Positions 1 through 9,086 of a stretch of 64,000 nt of DNA are shown here, piece after piece. The position numbers and the translations under genes were made by a program. Source of the DNA: a virus. Positions within the stretch are counted from its first letter, which is position 1; each line of letters starts with the position of its first letter. The notes under the pieces are model-generated. The model was not told the DNA's origin and searched no databases. It saw only the letters and a list, made by a program, of their open reading frames with translations. Location of the stretch: IMG/VR virus record IMGVR_UViG_3300026136_000008. One strand, written 5' to 3'.

Positions 1-870
1 ACCGAAGTCAAGCTTCTTCTCACCGAGAACTACATTTGCAATATGATCTAACTTGTATGATTCTTGTGGACCATATGAATAACCAAACTTCTTGAATATT
101 GCCATGTAATCTAAGATGGCTACACCTTTGATTTCATATTTAACTGCGGTTTGATTATAACCTGTATGAGTCTCACGCTCATCAATCATACGCCAAGGAG
201 ATAAGAACTTCTCACGACCATTGTCAAAGATACGTCTTATACGGTTAATGAGATATGGTATATCAAAGAATTCACAGTTCCAACCTGTAACGATATCAGG
301 GGAAGTCTTAGACCAATGATATACAAATTTGTGTAATAGTTCTCTCTCGTCTGCACACTTGACATAGATCACGGAATGGGTTTGCATGATAGAATTATCT
401 ACATCATACTCGCCACACCCAAATGTGTAGTAAGTATCATCGATGTTATTCTTCATTGTGATTGCTGTAATCTCTTGATCAGCTTCTTTAGGATCAGGGA
501 AACCATCACCGAACTTTGTCTCAATATCGATTGAGGTAACATTGATTGTGTTACGATCCCATTTGATTACACCAGGGAATTCATCATTAAGATATTGTGA
601 CACATAGTTGGTATTGCCATAGATTTTAAAGTTAGGTACGTCTGCATAAGACTTAATAAAGTCAGTAGCTTCACCCATAGAACCAAATACTATAGGTTCT
701 ACTGGCGTACCATCTAAGGCATGCCAATCATGAGGATTGTTTTGTTTGCTTGTAACGAATAGAGTAGGGCGATACGGGACAGTGAAAGAAACTTTCTTGC
801 CATCCTCGTAACCCAAATACTTGATGACCTTCCCGTGTCGGAAGGCTGACGTGTAAAAAGATTGATTCAT
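1..870 (-). CDS. gp43: T4-like family B DNA polymerase, N-terminal/exonuclease part (runs off window start)
   Basis: Not in ORF track; manual translation from ATG at 870: MNQSFYTSAFRHG...SIDIET (ExoI)...DIVTGWNCEFFDIPY (ExoII)...QESYKLDHIANVVLGEKK. Confidence 0.95.
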   Translation of the reverse strand, partial: MNQSFYTSAFRHGKVIKYLGYEDGKKVSFTVPYRPTLFVTSKQNNPHDWHALDGTPVEPIVFGSMGEATDFIKSYADVPNFKIYGNTNYVSQYLNDEFPGVIKWDRNTINVTSIDIETKFGDGFPDPKEADQEITAITMKNNIDDTYYTFGCGEYDVDNSIMQTHSVIYVKCADERELLHKFVYHWSKTSPDIVTGWNCEFFDIPYLINRIRRIFDNGREKFLSPWRMIDERETHTGYNQTAVKYEIKGVAILDYMAIFKKFGYSYGPQESYKLDHIANVVLGEKKLDFG

Positions 871-876
871 GGGTGT

Positions 877-905
877 ATTATAACACGAATCAAGCTAGAT
901 GTACA
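877..905 (-). promoter_or_regulatory. sigma70-like promoter TGTACA-N17-TATAAT, 6 nt before gp43 ATG
   Basis: Minus strand AAGTATGTACATCTAGCTTGATTCGTGTTATAATACACCCATG; same motif recurs before several replication genes. Confidence 0.75.
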
Positions 906-923
906 TACTTGTTTATTAATAAT

Positions 924-1565
924 TTACCAAACCCAACTTACAAAAGAATACCTTAAACCCTTTGTTACTTTACGAACTCGATGAGGGTATAAAAAGTTAC
1001 TAGGGAAAAACATAATCTCTCCTTTCTTAAAATAGTAATCTTTAGTACCCCAAAATCTTAATGCTCCACCTTCGAAGTCATCACCTAAATTGCCAACAAT
1101 AGAAACTGTTGGAATACCTTTACCACCTACAGCATTACCTACATGATCGCAGTGTTCCATCATGTCGTGTGTTTCCTCGTATTTCATAAATTTAGGATCA
1201 GTAAATCCTCTAAAATAATCATACCATTCTATATCTTCTAAATACTCATGAACATAATGCTCTAATCCAGCTTGCATTCTTTCACGCAGCGTGAGCAATA
1301 GATCTTGATTTTGCATATGACATAAACCATAATTACGATCTTGTTCAGGAATATCAGGATCACCTATGAACTGTTCCCAGTCAATACTTAATGTTGAACC
1401 AGCAATGCCATCTTGTTTTCGTGGTGCATCAGGATATGCATTAACTACATCTTTAGGGAATGGTAACCACGTATCTTCTTTATTTAACGTGGTTACTATT
1501 TCATCACAAAGGCTATCATTAATCCATATGTCCTTATGGACATAATGTTCAATGTTAAGATTCAT
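924..1565 (-). CDS. 2OG-Fe(II) oxygenase (prolyl-hydroxylase-like)
   Basis: HxD (EHCDH), FEGGAL, FPSNFLYPHRV..VTKGLRYSFVSW. Confidence 0.9.
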   Translation of the reverse strand: MNLNIEHYVHKDIWINDSLCDEIVTTLNKEDTWLPFPKDVVNAYPDAPRKQDGIAGSTLSIDWEQFIGDPDIPEQDRNYGLCHMQNQDLLLTLRERMQAGLEHYVHEYLEDIEWYDYFRGFTDPKFMKYEETHDMMEHCDHVGNAVGGKGIPTVSIVGNLGDDFEGGALRFWGTKDYYFKKGEIMFFPSNFLYPHRVRKVTKGLRYSFVSWVW

Positions 1566-1566
1566 A

Positions 1567-1881
1567 TTAAAGCATTAATTCTGGTTGTGCTTGTATGATT
1601 TCGATTGTACCATCAATCATGTCTTTATATTTTTTCATTAAAGGTTCTTCAGGTTCAACAATAAACATAATGTGCTCTTCTTTAATAACGAGACCATCTG
1701 CTAATTCGCTATAACCTAAGTAAGGCATGAATCCGATTCTGCCAGTTGCGCCTGGCTCTGGAATTAAAAGTACTGGGTTAAATACCGTTGTTGTACTTTC
1801 ATTTTGATCTCCTATACCACATAATATTTCTTCGCCCGATGTTAATCGGATTAATCTATTAATCAATTTACTTTCACTCAT
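1567..1881 (-). CDS. Sm-like conserved hypothetical protein of marine T4-like phages
   Basis: LIRLTSGEEIL N-terminal motif; similar to 22705..23070. Confidence 0.55.
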   Translation of the reverse strand: MSESKLINRLIRLTSGEEILCGIGDQNESTTTVFNPVLLIPEPGATGRIGFMPYLGYSELADGLVIKEEHIMFIVEPEEPLMKKYKDMIDGTIEIIQAQPELML

Positions 1882-2267
1882 CTATGTTCCCTTGGTTGTT
1901 TATTAATATAGTCTGCAACTGCTGATTTAATAGCATCTTCTGCTAATACGCTACAGTGGATTTTTACTGGAGGCAGATTAAGCTCTTCAACAATTTCAGT
2001 ATTTTTAATTTCTTCTACTTGATGTATTGTTTTACCTTTCACCCATTCTGTTAATAATGAGCTTGAAGCAATTGCTGATCCGCAACCATATGTTTTAAAT
2101 TTTGCATCTGTGACAATACCTTCTTCTATACGTATTTGTAATTTCATAACATCGCCACAAGCAGGAGCACCTACCATACCAGTTCCCACATTTGGGTCTT
2201 TCATATCCATTTTACCCACATTGCGTGGATTATTGTAATGATCTAAAACTTTTTCTGAATATGCCAT
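1878..2267 (-). CDS. iscU: Fe-S cluster scaffold IscU
   Basis: MAYSEKVLDHYNNPRNVG, GAPACGDVM, KTYGCGSAIASSS, LPPVKIHC. Confidence 0.97.
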   Translation of the reverse strand: MAYSEKVLDHYNNPRNVGKMDMKDPNVGTGMVGAPACGDVMKLQIRIEEGIVTDAKFKTYGCGSAIASSSLLTEWVKGKTIHQVEEIKNTEIVEELNLPPVKIHCSVLAEDAIKSAVADYINKQPREHR

Positions 2268-2281
2268 GTGCTCCTTAGTAT

Positions 2282-2740
2282 TTAGCCTAGTAACAACCTT
2301 TTGGCTGATTTCGGCAGGTCACCTAAATTGATAGTTTGAGGCTTGTCTTCTTCTGGAATATTGTTCTCCAAAATAACTACAAGCATTCCATCTACAATAT
2401 CGGCACCAACAACTTTTAGTGTGTCAGCCAAAGTAAATGAACGCTCAAACGCTCTTTGAGAAATACCGCGGTGAGCATACTCTCGTGTATCTGCAGCACC
2501 AGATTTCTTACCGCTAATTGTTAAAACACCTTTCTCAAGTGTTAAATCAATGTCTTCTTTCCTAAATCCTGCAACAGCGATTTCAATTAGAAAGTGACCA
2601 TCATCTCTTTTAATTACATTATACGGGGGATATCCTTGACCACGACCGGCCTCGAATGTAGTATTTTGTAATGTGTTAAAGAGTTGATCGAATCCCAAGA
2701 ATGTATCCCTTGGGAAGTTTGTAAATGCTAAGTTTGTCAT
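2282..2740 (-). CDS. hsp20: Small heat shock protein (IbpA-like Hsp20)
   Basis: GYPPYNV, IEIAVAGF, HRGISQRAFERSFTL. Confidence 0.95.
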   Translation of the reverse strand: MTNLAFTNFPRDTFLGFDQLFNTLQNTTFEAGRGQGYPPYNVIKRDDGHFLIEIAVAGFRKEDIDLTLEKGVLTISGKKSGAADTREYAHRGISQRAFERSFTLADTLKVVGADIVDGMLVVILENNIPEEDKPQTINLGDLPKSAKRLLLG

Positions 2741-2794
2741 ATTGACCTCCTATATATAGCAAGGTTAAAAAACGAATACCCTTTCGGCATATTC
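2741..2794 (-). promoter_or_regulatory. ROSE-like RNA thermometer in hsp20 5' UTR
   Basis: ACCUUGCUAUAUAUAGGAGGU hairpin pairs UUGCU with the AGGAGG SD; preceded by hairpin GAAUAUGCC-GAAA-GGGUAUUC. Confidence 0.7.
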
Positions 2795-2798
2795 ATAC

Positions 2799-3362
2799 TT
2801 ATTTATACACAAAAACCTTTAGGTCTTTATGTTTTTGTGAGCCTAAATTATGATTTTCTTTTACATCATATTTATGAACCCACTGGCGAATAGCTTTATT
2901 CTGATAGTATATATCATGTTTCATCTTAATGTCATCTCTATACCATTCATAACTAGGATAGGTTATATCCCATCCACCAGCTTTCTTCCACCATTCCATA
3001 CAATCATCACAATCACGTACACACGCAATGATCTGACTTTCTGGAAATACTTCCATTATCTCTTCAAGATAATATGCGAAGTGATGAGACATAAGCACCT
3101 TGACCTGATCTTCTGGTCCTGAGAAGCTATTATTAATCTCATCAATCCATTGTTCTTTTGTACCTAATTCTTTATCTAGCCATGTTCCGTTTAACATTCC
3201 AGGGCCATAATAATTTCCTTTGTGACCACTGAATTGCCCATGTTTGTATTCTTTCTCTGCCACATAATCGGTAATATCAGCATGATGATTAAATCTTACT
3301 TCTTGACCGACTCCACTCCACCGTGATCCAGGAGCTCCTGTTATAAAAATCCAATTCTTCAT
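2799..3362 (-). CDS. Hypothetical protein, P-loop/sulfotransferase-like fold
   Basis: N-terminal WIFITGAPGSRWSG and later IIACVRD resemble sulfotransferase-type motifs. Confidence 0.45.
   Translation of the reverse strand: MKNWIFITGAPGSRWSGVGQEVRFNHHADITDYVAEKEYKHGQFSGHKGNYYGPGMLNGTWLDKELGTKEQWIDEINNSFSGPEDQVKVLMSHHFAYYLEEIMEVFPESQIIACVRDCDDCMEWWKKAGGWDITYPSYEWYRDDIKMKHDIYYQNKAIRQWVHKYDVKENHNLGSQKHKDLKVFVYK
2800..2807 (-). promoter_or_regulatory. T4 late promoter TATAAATA (hsp20-iscU)
   Basis: Exact consensus upstream of the hsp20 UTR. Confidence 0.75.
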
Positions 3363-4039
3363 ATCGAAATTACCTTAGGATTTGCAAGTAATTTATATGT
3401 TTTTTCTGTAGCTATTCCAGTGACCAGTAAATTAGATCTCGGGCTTAATCCAGCATTAGCTGTACAGTGAGGAACATTATACCAATCAAATGTATAAATC
3501 TCTCCTGCTTTATAACCTGTATGCATATAGTTTCCAAACTGTATAAAGTGTCCTGGTTCCCAATCGTTTAACATAATAAAAAATCTAAATACACTATCCG
3601 GATCTTTTGGAGCATATTTATTTAATTTATCTATATGCAAAGACCAGACTTGACCTTGTGTTTGTGTATGTACTCTAGATTGTATTGGACGTTCACCATC
3701 AACTAAATAAAGAGCATCAGCCATTTTCTGGAATACAGGAAGAAGATCATAATTCATATTTCCTATTGGATGATTAGGATCTCCACCAGCTCTTTTAATA
3801 TCATATTCTTCTGATTCAAATTCTTGTTCAGAACGGTTTGAATTTGGATTACGAGTTCGCCATGTAACTTCTGTGCTACTTTCTATTGTTTCTTGTAACT
3901 CTTTACTCCAATCACCATTAAACCTGCCCACATACCGTATGGTATCATGAGCAGGATTATTATCGAATGGGTCAAAATGATACTCTGACCTTTCTTTTAA
4001 ATTGTCAAGATTACTTAACAAGACCTTCTTTATATACAC
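3359..4039 (-). CDS. Asp/Asn beta-hydroxylase-like cupin oxygenase
   Basis: LHIDK ... FDWYNVPHCTANAGLSPRSNLLVTG. Confidence 0.65.
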   Translation of the reverse strand: MYIKKVLLSNLDNLKERSEYHFDPFDNNPAHDTIRYVGRFNGDWSKELQETIESSTEVTWRTRNPNSNRSEQEFESEEYDIKRAGGDPNHPIGNMNYDLLPVFQKMADALYLVDGERPIQSRVHTQTQGQVWSLHIDKLNKYAPKDPDSVFRFFIMLNDWEPGHFIQFGNYMHTGYKAGEIYTFDWYNVPHCTANAGLSPRSNLLVTGIATEKTYKLLANPKVISI

Positions 4040-5048
4040 TTGCTATACCTAAAGCTTCTGTATTAAACCATACAAGATTCTGTAAAGCTTCGGCAGTAAT
4101 AAATGTCATAAGTGTATCACGATGGTTATTACCAGCTTCTCCGATAAGCCAGTCATATTGACCAACTTTCTTTTGAATAGCTGCAACAGCATCAGGATCT
4201 TGACTCATTTTAGTTAATGCATTTTGTAATTCGAATGCATTTGGATTACCTTTGTTTACCCATAATGCTTTTTGCATACCATCACGAAATGACTTCACAA
4301 GCTTATAGGCATCATAGAATTCTCCAGAAGGTGCCACACCCCATCTCTCTTCAAATAAGATTTCGAATTGAAATCCTGGGTAGTTAGGATCATCGGCATG
4401 ACTTCCGTCTGCTTGAAGTATACCATGATGAAACCACATTTCAGCGTTCTCATCTCCAGCCACGTGTTTCTTATATGCCGCTGGATTCTCTCTTGTACCA
4501 GTTAACTCTCCACGTTTAAACGCAAGTCTGCGTTCTCCGCCAGACATACCGCTTACCCACGTTACATGCTCTTCAAAGCAGGCAGCATATTCTTGCATAG
4601 TCTTGTCTGGACCACATATTAACTGTGTAAATGCCCAAGCTTCTGGTGTTTGACCAGATCCCGAAGCAAATTTAGGGAAATCCATATCAGCACCAATACG
4701 TTTACCGGCAATAATATTTAGATTCATAAGCCCAATTGATTCGTAATCACCATAGTTATAGTCTACATTCTCTTGTAAAAATGATACACCATTACCACCG
4801 TGTGAAACCATAACAACTTTGTCATCGTCTCTCATTTCATTGTGCCATTTGTTAAATCCAGGAATGTCTCTTGCTCCTGGGTGATGTAGTATAACTATCT
4901 TCTCTCCTAAGAAAGGTTCAAGTTGATCAGCAACGATTTGTGTCCATACACTCGTTCCACCGCCAGGTTTCTGTGGCACAACAAATGTGTAGTCGGCAAT
5001 TGCTGTTGTAGTTAATGCCGCTAGGCATAGTGCTAATAATTTCTTCAT
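4011..5048 (-). CDS. tctC: Tripartite tricarboxylate transporter substrate-binding protein (TctC/Bug-like)
   Basis: Signal peptide; FVVPQKPGGGT and HHPGA motifs; directly follows tctA. Confidence 0.75.
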   Translation of the reverse strand: MKKLLALCLAALTTTAIADYTFVVPQKPGGGTSVWTQIVADQLEPFLGEKIVILHHPGARDIPGFNKWHNEMRDDDKVVMVSHGGNGVSFLQENVDYNYGDYESIGLMNLNIIAGKRIGADMDFPKFASGSGQTPEAWAFTQLICGPDKTMQEYAACFEEHVTWVSGMSGGERRLAFKRGELTGTRENPAAYKKHVAGDENAEMWFHHGILQADGSHADDPNYPGFQFEILFEERWGVAPSGEFYDAYKLVKSFRDGMQKALWVNKGNPNAFELQNALTKMSQDPDAVAAIQKKVGQYDWLIGEAGNNHRDTLMTFITAEALQNLVWFNTEALGIASVYKEGLVK

Positions 5049-6466
5049 GAATACTCCAATTTATTCTTCTTCAATGATAAACAAAATAATAATACAATAC
5101 ATATTATTAAACCTAAAAATATTGGCCTCGTCATCAAAGTTTCCCAAGTGTATAGAGAACTCATTTGAAGAGTCAACGTTTCGACCTTGTAGCTCAAAAT
5201 GAACGCCATTAACATGGCAGGTCTACTATACTTATACGCTTTTCCAAAGACACCCAGAAAAGAACATATAAGCAAGATTACATAATCTTCCCACCCGCCA
5301 GTGTATTGAGTACAAGCCCATACAATAAAACCTACGAGTAACGGAAAATAATACTTATACGGTACATAAGATATCCTGCAAAGATACTTATTTAAAGCTA
5401 TGCATATAAATGCAACTAATACCGTACCCCACATAAATCCATATGTAAGGCTATCAAAAAATCTTAAATCATAGGCTAAATCAACTGTGCCTAATTCAAA
5501 TCCTAAATACATAAACAAAGCTATGAGTACTGCTGCGAATGAAGCACCAGGAATTCCGAATAAAACTGTTGGAATCATACTTGTTGCTTTTTGAGCATTG
5601 TTAGATCCTTCTGGTCCAATCACTCCACGTATATTTCCTTTACCAAACTCTTCGTTAGGATGTGTAGCTAATGTTGAACCGTATGCCATCCAATCAGCAA
5701 CACCGCCACCAATGCCTGGCAAGAATCCTACAAATGCACCTATTGCTCCACCTCTTAATGCATCCCATTTATATTTCCATGTTGCTTTAATTCCATCCCA
5801 TGTTTGTCCTGATGTGTCGTGTGGTTGTGTTGTAGCTTTACCCTGTTTTAGTCCATCTAATATTTCAGGTATAGCAAATAGACCAGCAACCATCGGCATA
5901 ATCTGAATACCATCTGCTAAGTAATCCCAACCAAATGTCCAACGATCGGCATTTGTAACTGGATCTACTCCTATCATACCTAAAAATAAACCGAGTATTA
6001 TTGCAATTATACTTCTTACCCAAAATCTATTACTAACAAATCCTACACAAGCAAGAGCTAACATAGTAAATGCCCATAGTTCAGGTACCCCAAAGATCAT
6101 CATAAGTTTCATATACCAAGGGAGTAAAGCAAACGTAAGTGTTCCCCATAAGAGACCATTAACAGTACTTGTTGTGATTGCTGCAGTTAAAGCATATGTT
6201 GCTTTGCCTTGTTTAGCTAATGGATAACCATCTACCATTGTAGCAGCGGATGAGTTTGCACCAGGAATTCCTAATAAAACTCCAGTGTATGTATCGCCTG
6301 TAGTAGATGCTGCGACTGCTGCCATACAAAAGACAACACCAAGATAAGGATCTGAGAATAAATGCATGAAGCCAAATAGAATGACAAGACCTGTCGTAGC
6401 TCCAGCAGCGGGTATAATTCCAATAATGAGACCAAAAATGGTCCCTAATAACAAATGTGTAATCAT
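5045..6466 (-). CDS. tctA: Tripartite tricarboxylate transporter permease TctA
   Basis: Polytopic membrane protein; GIPGANSSAATMVDGYPLAKQGKA and GPEGSNNA..ATSMIPTVLFGIPG signatures. Confidence 0.92.
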   Translation of the reverse strand: MITHLLLGTIFGLIIGIIPAAGATTGLVILFGFMHLFSDPYLGVVFCMAAVAASTTGDTYTGVLLGIPGANSSAATMVDGYPLAKQGKATYALTAAITTSTVNGLLWGTLTFALLPWYMKLMMIFGVPELWAFTMLALACVGFVSNRFWVRSIIAIILGLFLGMIGVDPVTNADRWTFGWDYLADGIQIMPMVAGLFAIPEILDGLKQGKATTQPHDTSGQTWDGIKATWKYKWDALRGGAIGAFVGFLPGIGGGVADWMAYGSTLATHPNEEFGKGNIRGVIGPEGSNNAQKATSMIPTVLFGIPGASFAAVLIALFMYLGFELGTVDLAYDLRFFDSLTYGFMWGTVLVAFICIALNKYLCRISYVPYKYYFPLLVGFIVWACTQYTGGWEDYVILLICSFLGVFGKAYKYSRPAMLMAFILSYKVETLTLQMSSLYTWETLMTRPIFLGLIICIVLLFCLSLKKNKLEYS

Positions 6467-6469
6467 AAT

Positions 6470-7276
6470 TTAAATTTCAAATTCTAATGGATGATGTCCA
6501 AACGGAACTCCTTCTTGTTCTTTACATATCACTTTAGATATATCTATATTGCTATTTTCTGTAGTTATAATTTTTTGTAAACTTATCCATTCACCACCCT
6601 TTTCTGGTGGTAGTTTAAATGAATCTACATTACTTGCATGATTTATTAAACCTCTAGGTTTTAACATTACATCTTCAGGTAAATAATTATCTTCGAAGTG
6701 TAGATCAGCAACAAGAACAGTATTGTCATCAGTAACTAAATCTAAAACTTCGCATGCTTGACTAAGGTATATATCTCTTGTAATTATTCTTGATGAAATT
6801 GGTAAATTAATTTTCCAAGCTTTGTGTACATTTACACCTAATGTATCTAATATTTCATCTGGGTCCAATTCAGGGTAAGCGTCCGCAAATTTAATTTGTT
6901 GTTCTCGTTCCCATGATCGGATATACTTCCTCAAAGGAATTTCTGGGTCCAATTCAGTTTCATAAGATATACTTGCATTAATTATTTTTATATCTTGATC
7001 AGGTGTTTTTATATAAGTGATTTGATAATTTTTACCTTGGCCAGCATCCATGCCTTCAACAAAGTCGTCAAACTCATATGTTTCTACGGGTGATTCTGAA
7101 CGTGTTTGGATTGTGCAGACTCCGTGCTTCTCATAGCATTCTTGAAAGTTTATACTCTTAACAATATTCATACTGTTTAGAGCTTTAACAAATATCTCTG
7201 GGCATCTTTGCACAAATATATAATCATAGTGTAAATCAATATCTCCGTCGGAGTATTGATACGTCATCATTTTCAT
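6470..7276 (-). CDS. Hypothetical protein
   Basis: 268-aa ORF packed between regA and tctA. Confidence 0.6.
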   Translation of the reverse strand: MKMMTYQYSDGDIDLHYDYIFVQRCPEIFVKALNSMNIVKSINFQECYEKHGVCTIQTRSESPVETYEFDDFVEGMDAGQGKNYQITYIKTPDQDIKIINASISYETELDPEIPLRKYIRSWEREQQIKFADAYPELDPDEILDTLGVNVHKAWKINLPISSRIITRDIYLSQACEVLDLVTDDNTVLVADLHFEDNYLPEDVMLKPRGLINHASNVDSFKLPPEKGGEWISLQKIITTENSNIDISKVICKEQEGVPFGHHPLEFEI

Positions 7277-7686
7277 TATTTTATTCCAATATTATACTTG
7301 GGGCATAATTCCCAATCGCCTTTTTCTTTATGTGATATTATTTTTATTTGATTTAATGGAGCAGTTTCTCCAATAGGTTTAACAGTTTCTAATAATCCCC
7401 AGTCAGACATGAGTGTAACAATTGTATTACGTCTTTGAATGTCATTTTCTGTTAGGTTTGATGGCTTACCATCTAATAAGAATAACTCTTTAAAGTGAGT
7501 TATAAAATACCTACCTTGCTTATGCAAGATATGGCATGATTGAAATAATTGAGAGTCACGCTTGGATGCTACTCCCATGCGTGTTAGTGTTTCTCTGATC
7601 TTTAAAAAATCATCGGGTTCTGCTAGTTTAACTTCTAGCATCATCTCCGGTGACCAATTGACTAAACTATCCTTGTTGTCCGCCAT
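7276..7686 (-). CDS. regA: Translational repressor RegA
   Basis: PDDFLKIRETLTRMGVAS, LFQSCHILHKQGRYFITHFKELF. Confidence 0.97.
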   Translation of the reverse strand: MADNKDSLVNWSPEMMLEVKLAEPDDFLKIRETLTRMGVASKRDSQLFQSCHILHKQGRYFITHFKELFLLDGKPSNLTENDIQRRNTIVTLMSDWGLLETVKPIGETAPLNQIKIISHKEKGDWELCPKYNIGIK

Positions 7687-8038
7687 GCTGTATTCTTCCT
7701 CTTATAATATTTAAGTGTTCATTACTTAAAAGCGGAAGTATATCACGAGCCTTTTCATTACTATAGCCATAATATTCTTTTACAATTTGTAGCTTCTCAC
7801 TTTCTACATTTTTGTTCCACTTAGAAAAACGATTTCGTTTCCTTACAATATTTATAAGAAAGTCGAACTGGAGGCGGCTATCCAGGTGGTGGAACTTATT
7901 CATTTCATTAGCGTATATGACAGTATCAGGAAAATAAGAAAGACCGCGGTTTACCATAAAGGCATTATAGTCTTTCTCATTCTCAAGTATATCAATCTTT
8001 GAATTTGATATTGATGTTATGAAAGCAAATGGATTCAA
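7667..8038 (-). CDS. gp62: Clamp loader small subunit
   Basis: YNAFMVNRGLSYFPDTVIYANEMN, VKEYYGYSNEKA; likely TTG start at 8038 overlapping upstream stop. Confidence 0.92.
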   Translation of the reverse strand: MNPFAFITSISNSKIDILENEKDYNAFMVNRGLSYFPDTVIYANEMNKFHHLDSRLQFDFLINIVRKRNRFSKWNKNVESEKLQIVKEYYGYSNEKARDILPLLSNEHLNIIRGRIQHGGQQG

Positions 8039-8637
8039 CGTGATGCTCCAATATGCTTTTTCTTTTTCCATATCCATACTGCTAATTTAGAGTAAGGCGG
8101 TTTAGTCATTGTTTCAATATGCATCTCTACTACATCAAAATAATTCTTAAACCATTCATGTGCACATTTATCTGCAGTGTCTATTGTCCATGGTACATAA
8201 GTTATGCCATCGTGATGTGCTTCTGGTTTTCTGTCAATGTGAACTCTTACTGCACATATTCCGCCAGGTTTTAGCCATTGCATAAAGTAATCAAAATAAT
8301 ATAGATTCTCTTCCATTGTACCGAAGTTACATGATCCTAATGCAAAGACAACATCAGCAAATTCTCTATTAAATATGTGATGCGCTTGATGGAATGTTGC
8401 TTGGAAGTCTGCTTCAGGATATGGTGCTGCATCAAATCCAATAATGTTATCAAACATATTTTTGAATGGATTAATACCACAACCAGCGTCGATAACTAAT
8501 GGGTTAACATTAAGTTTAGTAATCTCTTCAACAACTCTATCGGCCAATACAAATCCAGAGGTTGGATGTCTGGCAAATTTCTCTTGAGAGTATGGTTTAC
8601 CAGTAAAGAAATCTATTACTTTATTTTCATTCGTCAT
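8035..8637 (-). CDS. Class I SAM-dependent methyltransferase-like protein
   Basis: VIDAGCG motif I, IIGFD, WLKPGG. Confidence 0.75.
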   Translation of the reverse strand: MTNENKVIDFFTGKPYSQEKFARHPTSGFVLADRVVEEITKLNVNPLVIDAGCGINPFKNMFDNIIGFDAAPYPEADFQATFHQAHHIFNREFADVVFALGSCNFGTMEENLYYFDYFMQWLKPGGICAVRVHIDRKPEAHHDGITYVPWTIDTADKCAHEWFKNYFDVVEMHIETMTKPPYSKLAVWIWKKKKHIGASR

Positions 8638-8948
8638 AGGTTAGTCTTTATGTATTTAACATTATCAATGAGAAATGATCTCCATCCATTGTTTTCAACA
8701 TCGAATACATTCATATAAGATTTATTCTCTACAGTACCCGATTCATCTTCTAATATTGGTGCATTATAAGCAGGGATATGTTCAGACTTTAGCGTACATA
8801 ACATCTTACGCTCGTCGCCATTCTTTTTAGTAAAGCAAACTTCGATTATTTCATCTAATAAAAAATCTCTTATGTTCTCATAAAGAGTTGGTGATGCAAA
8901 GAAATTATTAGTTTCTCTGTACGGTGTTATGTTTGAATATTTAGTCAT
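8634..8948 (-). CDS. WYL_2/SH3-like phage protein
   Basis: FTKKNGDERKMLCTL ... VFDVENNGWRSF. Confidence 0.75.
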   Translation of the reverse strand: MTKYSNITPYRETNNFFASPTLYENIRDFLLDEIIEVCFTKKNGDERKMLCTLKSEHIPAYNAPILEDESGTVENKSYMNVFDVENNGWRSFLIDNVKYIKTNL

Positions 8949-9078
8949 CTTTTATTTGCTCCGATATAACTGCGTTCATAGCTTTAAGTATTGTTGCTGC
9001 TTTTTCCAATTGCCAAACAACATTTACCATTGCTAACATTAAAATAATTGTCGCGTAGTCCGCCAACATTGCTATCAT
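8941..9078 (-). CDS. Small membrane protein, 45 aa (not in ORF track)
   Basis: AGGAG RBS; MIAMLADYATIILMLAMVNVVWQLEKAATILKAMNAVISEQIKDD fills the gap after gp44. Confidence 0.6.
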   Translation of the reverse strand: MIAMLADYATIILMLAMVNVVWQLEKAATILKAMNAVISEQIKDD

Positions 9079-9086
9079 ATAAGCTC

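Noticed and set aside
7849-7856. TATAAATA inside gp62 as a late promoter for regA-tct
   Set aside because: Lies within coding sequence of an AT-rich genome; chance occurrence cannot be excluded
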